Shown: positions 9,828 through 18,532 of the stretch, piece after piece | Position numbering within the stretch: the first letter of the stretch is position 1 | How the letters are laid out: the number at the start of each line of letters is the position of its first letter | Assembly (NCBI GenBank): GCA_963817725.1 | Contig: CAWFPD010000006.1 | Coordinates: 132,406-196,405 of the forward strand | Length of the DNA stretch: 64,000 nucleotides | Direction of reading: 5' to 3' | Origin: an uncultured delta proteobacterium | GTDB taxonomy: Bacteria; Myxococcota_A; Polyangia; Polyangiales; Houyiibacteriaceae | Made by a program: the position numbers and the translations under genes | The notes under the pieces: generated by a model | Told to the model about the DNA's origin: nothing | Database searches by the model: none | The model's input: only the letters and a program-made list of their open reading frames with translations

Positions 9828-11315
9828 ATGGCTGAGCCCCATCGACAATTCGAGCGTTTTCGACGGGCTCTTGCGATGTCACCGGCCGTCGTCGCATTGA
9901 TCCTGGCTGCGCTTTGGCTGGCTGGCGTTCCAAGGTCGCGTCCCGATCTCCGTTTCAGCGCCCCCATCGTGGCGCGACCTGGGAAGACGATCGGGCTTCG
10001 TGCTTGGCAGGTGGTCGAAGGACCAAGAGGACAGACGGAGATCGAGACGCCCGAGGTCGAGGTGGTGCTTCGAAACGATGCTGGTTCGACGCTCGCGCAG
10101 ACGATGCTGAGCAAGTCGCTGGTGCAGGGTAGCGAAGGAAGGCTCGCCATTCCCGATGGCCTCGACGACGTGCTTACCCTGGTGGCGCGCGCCACCATCG
10201 GCGGGCAAGAGGTCGCCGTCGAGCGAGTCCTGTACGTCCAGAGGTCGATCGAATCGCGTGCGGAGAGAGGTCGGGCGGTCAACGCGTTTCAGATTGCCGA
10301 GCTCGGGCCGATCCGCGTCTCCAGCACGCGCGGACGAGACGCGGTTCTCGATCCCCGTGTCGAGGAGGGCGCGTGCGTACCCGATCTTTCGTGTTGGCTC
10401 TCGGTCTGGGTGGGAAGCCACGAAGGCCGAGTGCGGATGGTTCCCCTTGCCGGCCTCCCGCGGCGCTCGTCCGTGGAGACGGTGCATCACGGATTTGCGC
10501 GTTTCCCTTTGACGGTGGCAGGCAGCGAAGCGCGAGTCGAAGTCGAGCTGATGAACGCTGATGGCACTCTCGTTGCGGCCCGCGAAGCACGGCTGCCGGT
10601 GGTCCCCGGCGGTATCGTCGCGCGGTCCGCGGTCGAAGACGGCAGCATCCGCTTGGAATGGCACCAGCTCGGCGCTCCGGCTCCCGTGCTGATCGACGTA
10701 TTCGAAGGCGACCGATGGGTCAACGCGCTTTCCCTCGGACCCGCCCACCCGGTTTTTGCGCTGCCCGGCCCAGGCGTTTGGCGAATCCAAGTCCGCGCAG
10801 ACCTGTTCTCGGACAACACCGCGGCGGTGTCGTACGCGGTCGTCCCCGACCCCGAAGGTCCCGGTGCGCTCCGGCAAGCCGCAGATGCCGTGCTCCACGA
10901 GGCGGACCGCGAAGGGCTGGATCCGCTGGCCATGGCCATTTTGGACGGAGAGATCCCCGATGCGGCCGCGGGGGATGCCCTTCGCGCCTTGTTCGCGATT
11001 CCGAGCTTCGACGTCGTCTCTACCGGACCGGGAGTCAGCGCCCGCGTCGGCGACGACGACTCCTTCGAACGTGGGCAGGACCGCAGGCGCTGGCTGGCTG
11101 CTGCCGCCATCTTGCTGATCGGTTTGGTCGTGAGCACGGTCTTACTTCGCATCGAGATCCTGGCCCGGGCCGATGCTCAGCGGCTCTTCGACGCGCTTGG
11201 CGACGAGGCGCAGACCCCGCCTCGGCGTGGTCCGTCTGGTCGCGGCTTGTGGGCGTTCGTGCTGTTCGTCTTCGTCTTGATGGCGGCACTCGCGCTCTCT
11301 AAGCGTTGGTTTTGA
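9828..11315 (+). CDS. Hypothetical membrane protein (N-terminal anchor, large beta-rich exported domain, two C-terminal TM helices)
   Basis: Long ORF with strong GC3 bias and hydrophobic segments at both ends. I recognise no motif. TTG 9816 is an alternative start. Confidence 0.55.
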   Translation: MAEPHRQFERFRRALAMSPAVVALILAALWLAGVPRSRPDLRFSAPIVARPGKTIGLRAWQVVEGPRGQTEIETPEVEVVLRNDAGSTLAQTMLSKSLVQGSEGRLAIPDGLDDVLTLVARATIGGQEVAVERVLYVQRSIESRAERGRAVNAFQIAELGPIRVSSTRGRDAVLDPRVEEGACVPDLSCWLSVWVGSHEGRVRMVPLAGLPRRSSVETVHHGFARFPLTVAGSEARVEVELMNADGTLVAAREARLPVVPGGIVARSAVEDGSIRLEWHQLGAPAPVLIDVFEGDRWVNALSLGPAHPVFALPGPGVWRIQVRADLFSDNTAAVSYAVVPDPEGPGALRQAADAVLHEADREGLDPLAMAILDGEIPDAAAGDALRALFAIPSFDVVSTGPGVSARVGDDDSFERGQDRRRWLAAAAILLIGLVVSTVLLRIEILARADAQRLFDALGDEAQTPPRRGPSGRGLWAFVLFVFVLMAALALSKRWF

Positions 11316-11357
11316 CAGTCGTTTGCGCAGCTCGCCGGGGCGACCTAGATTGCAGCC

Positions 11358-14300
11358 GTGTTCAGCTCGCTCCTCAAAAAGGTGCTCGGCACCAAGCACC
11401 AGCGCGAAGTGAAGCGCATGCAGCCGACCGTGGCTGCCATATCGGCCCTCGAAGACGAGATGCGAAAGCTCTCCGACGCCGAGCTGCGCGGCAAAACCGC
11501 CGAATTCCGCCAGCAGCTCGACAACGGCGCCCCGCTCGACGACCTGCTGGTCCCGGCCTACGCCGTGGTCCGTGAGGCGGGCCGCCGGGTCCTCGGAATG
11601 CGCCACTACGACGTGCAGCTAGTCGGGGGCATCGTGCTGCACCGGGGCAAGATTGCCGAGATGAAGACCGGTGAAGGCAAGACGCTGGTCGCGACGCTTC
11701 CCTGCTACCTGAACGGGCTCGAGGGCAAGGGCGTGCACGTCGTGACGGTCAACGACTACCTCGCGACCCGTGATGCAGAGTGGATGGGCAAGCTCTACGG
11801 CTTCCTCGGGCTCAGCACCGGCGTCGTGGTTCCGGGTCAAAGCAACCAGGTCAAAAAGCGCGCGTACAACTGCGACATCACCTACGGCCAGAACAACGAG
11901 TTCGGGTTCGACTACATGCGCGACAACATGAAGTTCAGCATCTACGACTACGTGCAGCGTGATCTGAACTACGCCATCGTCGACGAGGTCGACTCCATTT
12001 TGATCGACGAGGCACGAACGCCACTGATCATCAGCGGACCGGGCGAGACGGCTAGTGACAAGTACGAGCTCATCAACGAGATCATCCCGAGAGTGCGCAA
12101 AGACGAGCACTACGATCTAGACGAGAAGAATCGTAGCGTGACGCTCACGGAAGAGGGCATGGAGCGTGCCCAGGAGCTCTTGGCCGGACGGGGGCTGCTC
12201 GGAGGTGATTCGGCCAATCTCTACGATCCCATCAACCTCGAGACACTGCACATCTTGCAGCAGTGTCTGCGCGCCCACGCCCTCTATCACCGGGACCAGC
12301 ACTACATGGTCAGCGAGGACGGAAAGGTGATGATCATCGACGAGTTCACCGGCCGCGTGCTTCCCGGGCGGCGATGGTCCGACGGGCTTCACCAAGCGGT
12401 CGAGGCCAAAGAGCGGGTTTCGATCCAGAGCGAGAACCTCACCCTGGCCACGATCTCGTTTCAGAATCTCTTCCGGCTCTACAAGAAGCTAGCGGGAATG
12501 ACGGGTACTGCCGATACCGAGGCCGCCGAGTTCCACAACATCTACGAGCTCGACGTCGTGGTGATACCGACGAACGAGCCGATCGCTCGAATCGACGAAG
12601 AGGACCTGATCTACAAGTCGGAGCGAGAGAAGTTCCGCGCCATCTGCGAGGAGATCGAGGCGTCGCACAGGCGTGGGCAGCCGGTGCTCGTCGGCACCAC
12701 GAGCGTCGAAAAGTCAGACGCGGTCTCTCACTTTCTCGACCGGCGCGAAGTTCCACACAACGTGCTGAACGCCAAGCAACACGAGCGCGAAGCCTACGTA
12801 GTCGCGCAGGCCGGCACGCCCGGCGCCGTGACGGTGGCCACCAACATGGCTGGACGAGGCACCGACATCGTGCTTGGCGGCAACCCGGAAATGCTAGCCC
12901 GCATGGAGGTTCTGGAGAAGGCGCCCGCGGAGGTCCTGTCCGACCCCGAGCGCCGCGATGCGGCGACCAAGAGTGCGACCGAGCATTTCATCACCAAGTG
13001 CAAGGAAGACGCCAAGCGAGTCAAAGAGGCAGGAGGGCTTCGAATCATCGGAACCGAGCGCCACGAATCACGCCGTATCGACAATCAGCTTCGCGGTCGT
13101 TCGGGCCGTCAGGGCGATCCGGGCTCTTCGCGCTTTTTCCTGTCGCTCGAGGACGACCTCATGCGGATCTTCGCAGGCGAGCGTGTGCAGGCCATGATGG
13201 ACCGCTTGGGCATGGAGGAGGACGTCCCGATCGAGCACCGTTGGGTGACGCGCGCCGTCGAAAATGCCCAGAAGAAGGTCGAAGAGCGCAACTTCGACAT
13301 TCGAAAGCATTTGCTCGAGTACGACGACGTGATGAATCAGCAGCGCAAGAGCATGTATGCGCTGCGCAAGCAGGTGCTTCGCGGCGAGTACCGGACGGTC
13401 CCATCGGACGACGAACAAAAGGCCGGGATCGAGTCCGAGCCGCTGGTCGACGAGATCGACACCGAGCTCCTCTCGCGAGTCCGAAACGTGCTCGAGAACA
13501 TGGTGAAGTTCCATGCGTATCCCTTGCCGGACGCCGGCCTCAGCCAGGAAGAGCTGCCGGTACATCGCAAGCGAGCCATGGAGTCCGACCTGGCCTCGTT
13601 GACCGACCTGAGGGTCGAGGCCCTCGAGCGCGACATCTATCTCTGGTTCGGCTGCGTCGTTCCCTTGGGGGATTTCCGCCACGATCCGGCCGGGGCGTAC
13701 GAGCATCTCGAGCAGGCGGTGGGCATGTCGCTCACCGAGCAAAAAGAGCGTTTGCTCGATCTCGTCGACGAGATCGTCGTCACCATGACCGACCACGCGT
13801 GTCCGCCCGGCAAGCACTACGAAGATTGGGATCTTCCGGGGCTCGAGCGCGCTTACAAGGAACAGTTCGGGCTCAGCGCCACGGGAATCCGCGAGATCGC
13901 CGACCGCGACGAGTTGCTCCGCAAGCTGTACACCGATGCCGCTTCCATTCTCGATCGCAAGGAAGGGGAGTTTGGAACCGAAAATTTCCTCCGTCTGTTC
14001 CGGGATCTTTACCTGCAAGAGATCGACAAACAGTGGATCGATCATCTGCAGGGCATGGACCATCTGCGTGACGGCATCGGCCTGCGCGGATACGGACAGC
14101 GCGATCCGAAAAAGGAGTACAAGCGCGAGGGCTTCGACATGTACCTAGAGATGGTGCAGAGCGTGAAATCGTCGGTCGCGTTGGCCATGTTCACGGTGGA
14201 ACGCGCTCGCGAGGAAGACCTGCAGCGGCTGGAGGAGCAGCGGCGTCAAGCGACCGAAAAGCGCCAGCAGCAGATTCGCGCCAGTCACTCCGGGGAGGAA

Positions 14301-14549
14301 GGCAAAGGTGATGGACCCCAGCAACCTGGCCTTAGCCGGCGGGCGCGGCGGGCCGCAGCAAGGCGAGGGCGACGCGCTGGTGGCGTAGGACCCGTGCCAG
14401 CTGCTCCCGAGGCACTTGCGGCGGCACAAGGCACGGTCAAACGCGAGCGTCCAAAGCTCGGACGCAATGATCCCTGCTACTGCGGCAGCGGCAAGAAGTA
14501 CAAGAACTGCCACTACCGCGAAGATCAAGCAGCGGCCTCGCCGCACTAG
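11358..14549 (+). CDS. secA: Preprotein translocase ATPase SecA (1063 aa)
   Basis: Motor motifs MKTGEGKT and DEVDSILIDEARTPLIIS, plus the C-terminal zinc finger CYCGSGKKYKNCH. Confidence 0.96.
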   Translation: MFSSLLKKVLGTKHQREVKRMQPTVAAISALEDEMRKLSDAELRGKTAEFRQQLDNGAPLDDLLVPAYAVVREAGRRVLGMRHYDVQLVGGIVLHRGKIAEMKTGEGKTLVATLPCYLNGLEGKGVHVVTVNDYLATRDAEWMGKLYGFLGLSTGVVVPGQSNQVKKRAYNCDITYGQNNEFGFDYMRDNMKFSIYDYVQRDLNYAIVDEVDSILIDEARTPLIISGPGETASDKYELINEIIPRVRKDEHYDLDEKNRSVTLTEEGMERAQELLAGRGLLGGDSANLYDPINLETLHILQQCLRAHALYHRDQHYMVSEDGKVMIIDEFTGRVLPGRRWSDGLHQAVEAKERVSIQSENLTLATISFQNLFRLYKKLAGMTGTADTEAAEFHNIYELDVVVIPTNEPIARIDEEDLIYKSEREKFRAICEEIEASHRRGQPVLVGTTSVEKSDAVSHFLDRREVPHNVLNAKQHEREAYVVAQAGTPGAVTVATNMAGRGTDIVLGGNPEMLARMEVLEKAPAEVLSDPERRDAATKSATEHFITKCKEDAKRVKEAGGLRIIGTERHESRRIDNQLRGRSGRQGDPGSSRFFLSLEDDLMRIFAGERVQAMMDRLGMEEDVPIEHRWVTRAVENAQKKVEERNFDIRKHLLEYDDVMNQQRKSMYALRKQVLRGEYRTVPSDDEQKAGIESEPLVDEIDTELLSRVRNVLENMVKFHAYPLPDAGLSQEELPVHRKRAMESDLASLTDLRVEALERDIYLWFGCVVPLGDFRHDPAGAYEHLEQAVGMSLTEQKERLLDLVDEIVVTMTDHACPPGKHYEDWDLPGLERAYKEQFGLSATGIREIADRDELLRKLYTDAASILDRKEGEFGTENFLRLFRDLYLQEIDKQWIDHLQGMDHLRDGIGLRGYGQRDPKKEYKREGFDMYLEMVQSVKSSVALAMFTVERAREEDLQRLEEQRRQATEKRQQQIRASHSGEEGKGDGPQQPGLSRRARRAAARRGRRAGGVGPVPAAPEALAAAQGTVKRERPKLGRNDPCYCGSGKKYKNCHYREDQAAASPH

Positions 14550-14573
14550 CTCGCTTCTGATAAGAGGCACGCC

Positions 14574-15764
14574 ATGAGCGAACGAGTCACCGGCTTTCGC
14601 TTCGCAGGAGTGCACGGTGGAATCAAAGCCGGCGGAGCGCTCGACTTGGGCTTGGTGTATGCCGACCGGCCGGTGATTGCCGCCGCCGTATTCACGAAGA
14701 ATCGCGTCAGGGCCGCACCCGTCACGATCAGCGAGCGGCGGCTCAAGGATGGGCTTTGTCGCGCCATCCTGGTCAACAGCGGCAACGCGAATGCGTGCAC
14801 CGGCCGGCAGGGGAGGCGGGCCGCTCTCGCGCTCACCCGCGCCGCCGCATCGGCTCTCGGCGTATCGGCGAGACTGGTAGTTCCCGCGTCGACCGGCGTC
14901 ATTGGGGTGCAGCTTCCCTGCGAGAAGATGGAAGCCGCAATTCCCAGCCTCGTGTCCGATTTATCGGAAGCAGGAGCGGCCCGGTTTGCCCGCGCGATCA
15001 TGACCACCGACCGCGGCCCGAAGATGGCAGTCGCTCAGCTGAAAGTGGGACGCCAGGTCTGCCGTGTGCTCGGAATCGCCAAAGGTGCGGGCATGATTCA
15101 TCCAAACCTGGCGACGACCCTCGCGTTCGTCACCACCGACGCAACCATTTCGAGGAGCGTGCTGTCGAACACGCTTCGGCAGGCCGTCGATTCTACCTTC
15201 AATCGCGCCACCGTCGACGGTGATACGAGCACGAACGACTCCGTCTACGTTCTTGCCTCGGGTGCCGTGGGGAGCCGGGCCATCACGAAGGGCAGCCCAG
15301 CGGGACGACGCTTTGCCAGCGCCCTAGGCGAGGTGCTCGAGTCATTGGCCAAGCAGATCGTCGCCGATGGCGAGGGTGCAGAGCATCTGGTGCGGGTCGA
15401 GGTCCGTGGGGCGCGGACCGATGCCGACGCGGTCCAGATCGCCCGAACCATCGCCAGCTCCCAACTGGTCAAGACCGCGATTTTCGGCTGCGACCCCAAC
15501 TGGGGACGCATCCTTGCCGCTGCGGGGCGATCAGGAGCACGTTTCAATCCTGATCACGTCTCCGTGACGATCGGGGATGTGCGCATTTTCCAGCACGGAA
15601 CGCCGGTTGCGCACGCGAAAACGGAGGCCAAAGCGGCCGCCGTCATGAAGCGAGCGCAGTACACCATCACGACGACCGTGGGGGCAGGACGCGGTATCGG
15701 CCATTATTGGACCTGCGACCTCGGACACGAGTACGTTCGCATCAACGCCGACTACCGGAGTTGA
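14574..15764 (+). CDS. argJ: Bifunctional ornithine acetyltransferase / N-acetylglutamate synthase
   Basis: Autoproteolysis-site motif HPNLATTLAFVTTDA and a C-terminal INADYRS. Confidence 0.9.
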   Translation: MSERVTGFRFAGVHGGIKAGGALDLGLVYADRPVIAAAVFTKNRVRAAPVTISERRLKDGLCRAILVNSGNANACTGRQGRRAALALTRAAASALGVSARLVVPASTGVIGVQLPCEKMEAAIPSLVSDLSEAGAARFARAIMTTDRGPKMAVAQLKVGRQVCRVLGIAKGAGMIHPNLATTLAFVTTDATISRSVLSNTLRQAVDSTFNRATVDGDTSTNDSVYVLASGAVGSRAITKGSPAGRRFASALGEVLESLAKQIVADGEGAEHLVRVEVRGARTDADAVQIARTIASSQLVKTAIFGCDPNWGRILAAAGRSGARFNPDHVSVTIGDVRIFQHGTPVAHAKTEAKAAAVMKRAQYTITTTVGAGRGIGHYWTCDLGHEYVRINADYRS

Positions 15765-15773
15765 TCCGAAACG

Positions 15774-16814
15774 ATGCTACACAAGCTCCTTTTGCCGTGC
15801 GCCACGCTGCTCGCGCTTCATGCTGCAACAGCCGGCGCTGAACAAGAATCCGCGGACGGGCCCACCGGGTCGGTAGATGCGCGGCCTGTGCCGTTGTGCA
15901 TCAAGAGCACCACGCTCGAGCAGGTCGCCCAAGAGCTAGCGGATCTCCAAAGCATACCCCCGTCTTCGGAGCTGATCCGAACTGCCCGGGAGGCAGGCGT
16001 GGACGCCAATCCCGTCTATGCGAAATTCGGGGTGGAAGGTGAGTTCGAGAGCTTCAAAGCCTGGGTTGAGGACCTCAAGAGCAGCGCCGACGCTCCGTTG
16101 ATCTGCGGACGTGCACGCTCTGGCGAGCGAATCGTTTTGGTGGCGGCCGTTCAGGCGGGCGCGTTGACGGTCGAGGGTGGGCAACGCCTGCGGGTGGAAA
16201 CCATCGCCGAGTTCCGCGACCCCTTCCTGGTCGTGCGTGATTCTCGCGGCGAGTCGCGTCGAATCGCGGTGGACGGACAAGGGGTCGGCGCCACGGTGAC
16301 GCTGCCTCCCGAATGGGCGAGACCCTTGTTCGTCCAGTTGGTTGCGACAGGGCCAAATGGCCCGCGTCCCATCGCCGAGCGATGGGTAGGCAAGATCCCC
16401 GAGCACGCGCCGACGCCGCGCGCATCGCAATCTTCTCCGGAGGCGTGGCTGATGCAGCTACGTCGCTCGGCCGGCGCCCGCTCCTTGCGTTCGAACCGCT
16501 TGTTGACGCAGGAGGCGACCCACCACGCTCAGGCGGTCTGCGAATCCGGCAAGGTCGGTCACGAGCTCGACCCCAACGGCGATCCGGAAGCACGCCTACT
16601 CAAGCGGGGCATCCAGGCGCGGGTCGTGGGTGAGGCAGTGGCAAGAGCTGGTACGCTGGCAGATGCCCTTCATGCGATCGAGGACAGCCCGAGCCATCGC
16701 ATGACCGTCACCGATCCACGCTTCACCGATGCCGGTTATGGTCAGGCCAAAGACGAAAAAGGACGAACCTGTGCGGTCATTTTGCTGGCGTCCTGGCCGC
16801 GTACGGTTCCGTGA
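15774..16814 (+). CDS. Secreted CAP/SCP (YkwD-like) domain protein
   Basis: N-terminal signal peptide. The C-terminal roughly 120 aa resemble a CAP domain (SPSHRMTVTDPRFTDAGYG). Confidence 0.6.
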   Translation: MLHKLLLPCATLLALHAATAGAEQESADGPTGSVDARPVPLCIKSTTLEQVAQELADLQSIPPSSELIRTAREAGVDANPVYAKFGVEGEFESFKAWVEDLKSSADAPLICGRARSGERIVLVAAVQAGALTVEGGQRLRVETIAEFRDPFLVVRDSRGESRRIAVDGQGVGATVTLPPEWARPLFVQLVATGPNGPRPIAERWVGKIPEHAPTPRASQSSPEAWLMQLRRSAGARSLRSNRLLTQEATHHAQAVCESGKVGHELDPNGDPEARLLKRGIQARVVGEAVARAGTLADALHAIEDSPSHRMTVTDPRFTDAGYGQAKDEKGRTCAVILLASWPRTVP

Positions 16815-16840
16815 GGGGATCGGGTCGTCGCGGCCCGGGC

Positions 16841-18067
16841 TCAGAAGCGTTCTTTGATTCGGCTCGAAGCGGCTTGGTATGCGACCACCAGCACCTGGGC
16901 CAACGCAAGGCCAGCCACGATCGTACCGACCATCCCCGTCAGGATGGTCGCTGCGGCCGGCCCGCCGAGACTTGGCTGCACCCCTCCTGGCGGCCAGAGC
17001 TCGGTGGCGATCAGAAGACCGACATGTAGCGCATAGAGCACCAAGAGCGTCGCGGCCCAGACGTGCGAGCCTCCCCGCGTGCTGCTTTCCATGAAGGCCA
17101 GGAGCGAAAGCACGGCAACGAGCCCGAAGGTCATGTGCGTAACGGCCGGCGCCCAGGACTGCCAATGGCCGTCGAGCGTGATTAGGCTCTCGTGCCCGCC
17201 TGAGACCACGAACCAAAGCCCGAGCGCGGCCACACCACAGGTGACGGCAAGCCGGGCAAGCCGGGCGCCTCGGTAGTACGCGCGAAAGAGCAGGCTGCCG
17301 CTCAACAAGATGGTCGCCCCCGTCAGAATGATCCCCTCGGGCGCGATGACATGAAGTGTCTGCTGCCAAAGGGCGACGCCTGTCGCGATCGAGCCAGTCA
17401 AAAAGAGGGAGATCGCCCGGCTCCGGTACGACATGGGCGTAGTCGCCAACATCGCGATGGTGATCAGCAGAGCGAGCGACACGAACGTCAGGGGATGGGC
17501 GCCACCGGTGAGCAGCGCTGTCACCGCCCCGAGGCCGCTGAGCACCACCGCCACCACTCGAAGCGTGCCGCCGCCGGGTGTGGACGGCCGCATCTGCTCC
17601 CGCAGCAGGTCGGAAGCCAGGATCGGTGGTCCGGGCGGGGCCGCCACGTTGGGGAGGCTCGCATCGCGTTCGGGCGCGGCCGCCGGGGGCGTTTGATCGC
17701 GGCGCTCCGCGTCCGAGGTATCGGGTTTGCTCTCGCTGGCCGTACCGTTCTTTTTCCGACGCAAAGGCAAGACCGGCGCGGGCTCGCTAGGCTCGCGCTC
17801 GCGGATCGTCGTGCGGCTGAGGTGGGTTTGGGTCGGTTCGGCGACTTCAGGTTCGCTCAGCGCCACGGCCGCGATGGCTCGCGCGGATGCGCCCGCTACC
17901 GGCTGGGGAAACGTGTCCCGCCGATCGGGCACGCTTTGCAGGCCGCTTGGCTTGCGCTCGCGCGACAGCGGCACGACCGGCTTTGCACCCGGGACCGGCT
18001 CTCCGCACTTACCGCAGAAAGCGTCAGTCCTCAGCAGGCTCGCGTTGCAGCTCTTGCATTTCGGCAT
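16841..18067 (-). CDS. Zinc-ribbon domain protein fused to a Pro-rich linker and a polytopic membrane domain
   Basis: N-terminal CKSC...CGKC zinc ribbon followed by about 7 hydrophobic helices. Function unknown. Confidence 0.6.
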   Translation of the reverse strand: MPKCKSCNASLLRTDAFCGKCGEPVPGAKPVVPLSRERKPSGLQSVPDRRDTFPQPVAGASARAIAAVALSEPEVAEPTQTHLSRTTIREREPSEPAPVLPLRRKKNGTASESKPDTSDAERRDQTPPAAAPERDASLPNVAAPPGPPILASDLLREQMRPSTPGGGTLRVVAVVLSGLGAVTALLTGGAHPLTFVSLALLITIAMLATTPMSYRSRAISLFLTGSIATGVALWQQTLHVIAPEGIILTGATILLSGSLLFRAYYRGARLARLAVTCGVAALGLWFVVSGGHESLITLDGHWQSWAPAVTHMTFGLVAVLSLLAFMESSTRGGSHVWAATLLVLYALHVGLLIATELWPPGGVQPSLGGPAAATILTGMVGTIVAGLALAQVLVVAYQAASSRIKERF

Positions 18068-18266
18068 CTGGTCCGCCCCATCCTGTCATCCGATCATACG
18101 CGGGACCGAGCGCCCACTTCAACCGGAGCGGTGAGGCAATGTGTGCCTCCCTCCGCCGCTTTCCATCGTTCCAGACTGCGACAATCGGGTGCGCCGCTAT
18201 GACATGAATGTCCTACCGAACCCGGTATTCGAGCCAAAAGGCAGGCCTTTTTGGCCTCTTCGGCGT

Positions 18267-18282
18267 TGGCATCCCGATTGCA
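18267..18282 (+). promoter_or_regulatory. Sigma54 (-24/-12) type promoter with no downstream plus-strand CDS
   Basis: TGGCAT-CCCGA-TTGCA. GG at 18268-18269 and GC at 18280-18281 sit at the canonical 12-nt offset, matching the TGGCAC-N5-TTGCW consensus. Confidence 0.5.
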
Positions 18283-18380
18283 ACTAACGAGTGCGCTTAC
18301 TTAAGACCCTCGCCGTGCACTTTCCAGCTTGCCCGGCATCCGCGCGGCGATGGGTCGTCCTAAATAGAAACGCTTGGCTT

Positions 18381-18410
18381 GCTTGCTCTAACTTGCTCTA
18401 CCTTGCTCTA
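18381..18410. repeat. Three tandem 10-bp repeats (NCTTGCTCTA) with degenerate copies on both flanks
   Basis: Perfect CTTGCTCTA at 18382-18390, 18392-18400 and 18402-18410. Degenerate units lie at 18371-18380 and 18411-18424. Confidence 0.95.
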
Positions 18411-18443
18411 ACTTTCCCACTCTAGCATCGATTCTTCCATCTG

Positions 18444-18473
18444 AAATGGGTCACCGTGTGGTGGCCCATTTTG
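18444..18473 (+). terminator. Intrinsic terminator-like hairpin (plus strand)
   Basis: AAATGGGTCACC-GTGT-GGTGGCCCATTT forms a 12-bp stem with one G.U pair and runs into TTTTGCT. Confidence 0.5.
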
Positions 18474-18497
18474 CTATGAGGCCGAATTTCGCGGGTC

Positions 18498-18532
18498 CCG
18501 AAAAGAAAAGGCCCGCCGGGTTGGGGCGGGCC
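18498..18532 (-). terminator. Intrinsic terminator of the DUF465 gene (minus strand)
   Basis: GGCCCGCC/GGCGGGCC 8-bp GC stem, followed on the minus strand by CUUUUCUUUUCGG. Confidence 0.6.

Larger units (their letters stand above)
18293..18473 (+). ncRNA. Candidate sigma54-dependent small RNA (~180 nt), family unknown
   Basis: Bounded by the sigma54 promoter and an intrinsic terminator. It contains a predicted 5' stem (18311-18349) and three CUUGCUCUA repeats. The only ORF inside uses rare codons. Confidence 0.35.

Noticed and set aside
11358-14549. SecA is about 160 aa longer than the 901-aa E. coli protein. I considered an intein or an inserted domain.
   Set aside because: - The extra length is spread over the helical wing/scaffold region and a basic Pro/Ala/Arg-rich linker before the zinc finger.
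- I saw no intein splice-junction motifs.
- DnaB (468 aa) and RecA (362 aa) are also of normal length.
18291-18425. A 44-codon ORF (GTG start) spanning the candidate sRNA and the decamer repeats.
   Set aside because: - It begins at or before the predicted transcription start and has no Shine-Dalgarno sequence.
- It uses TTA, CTA, AGA, AAT and other codons that are rare in this genome.
- Its repeat-encoded sequence has no protein-like features.
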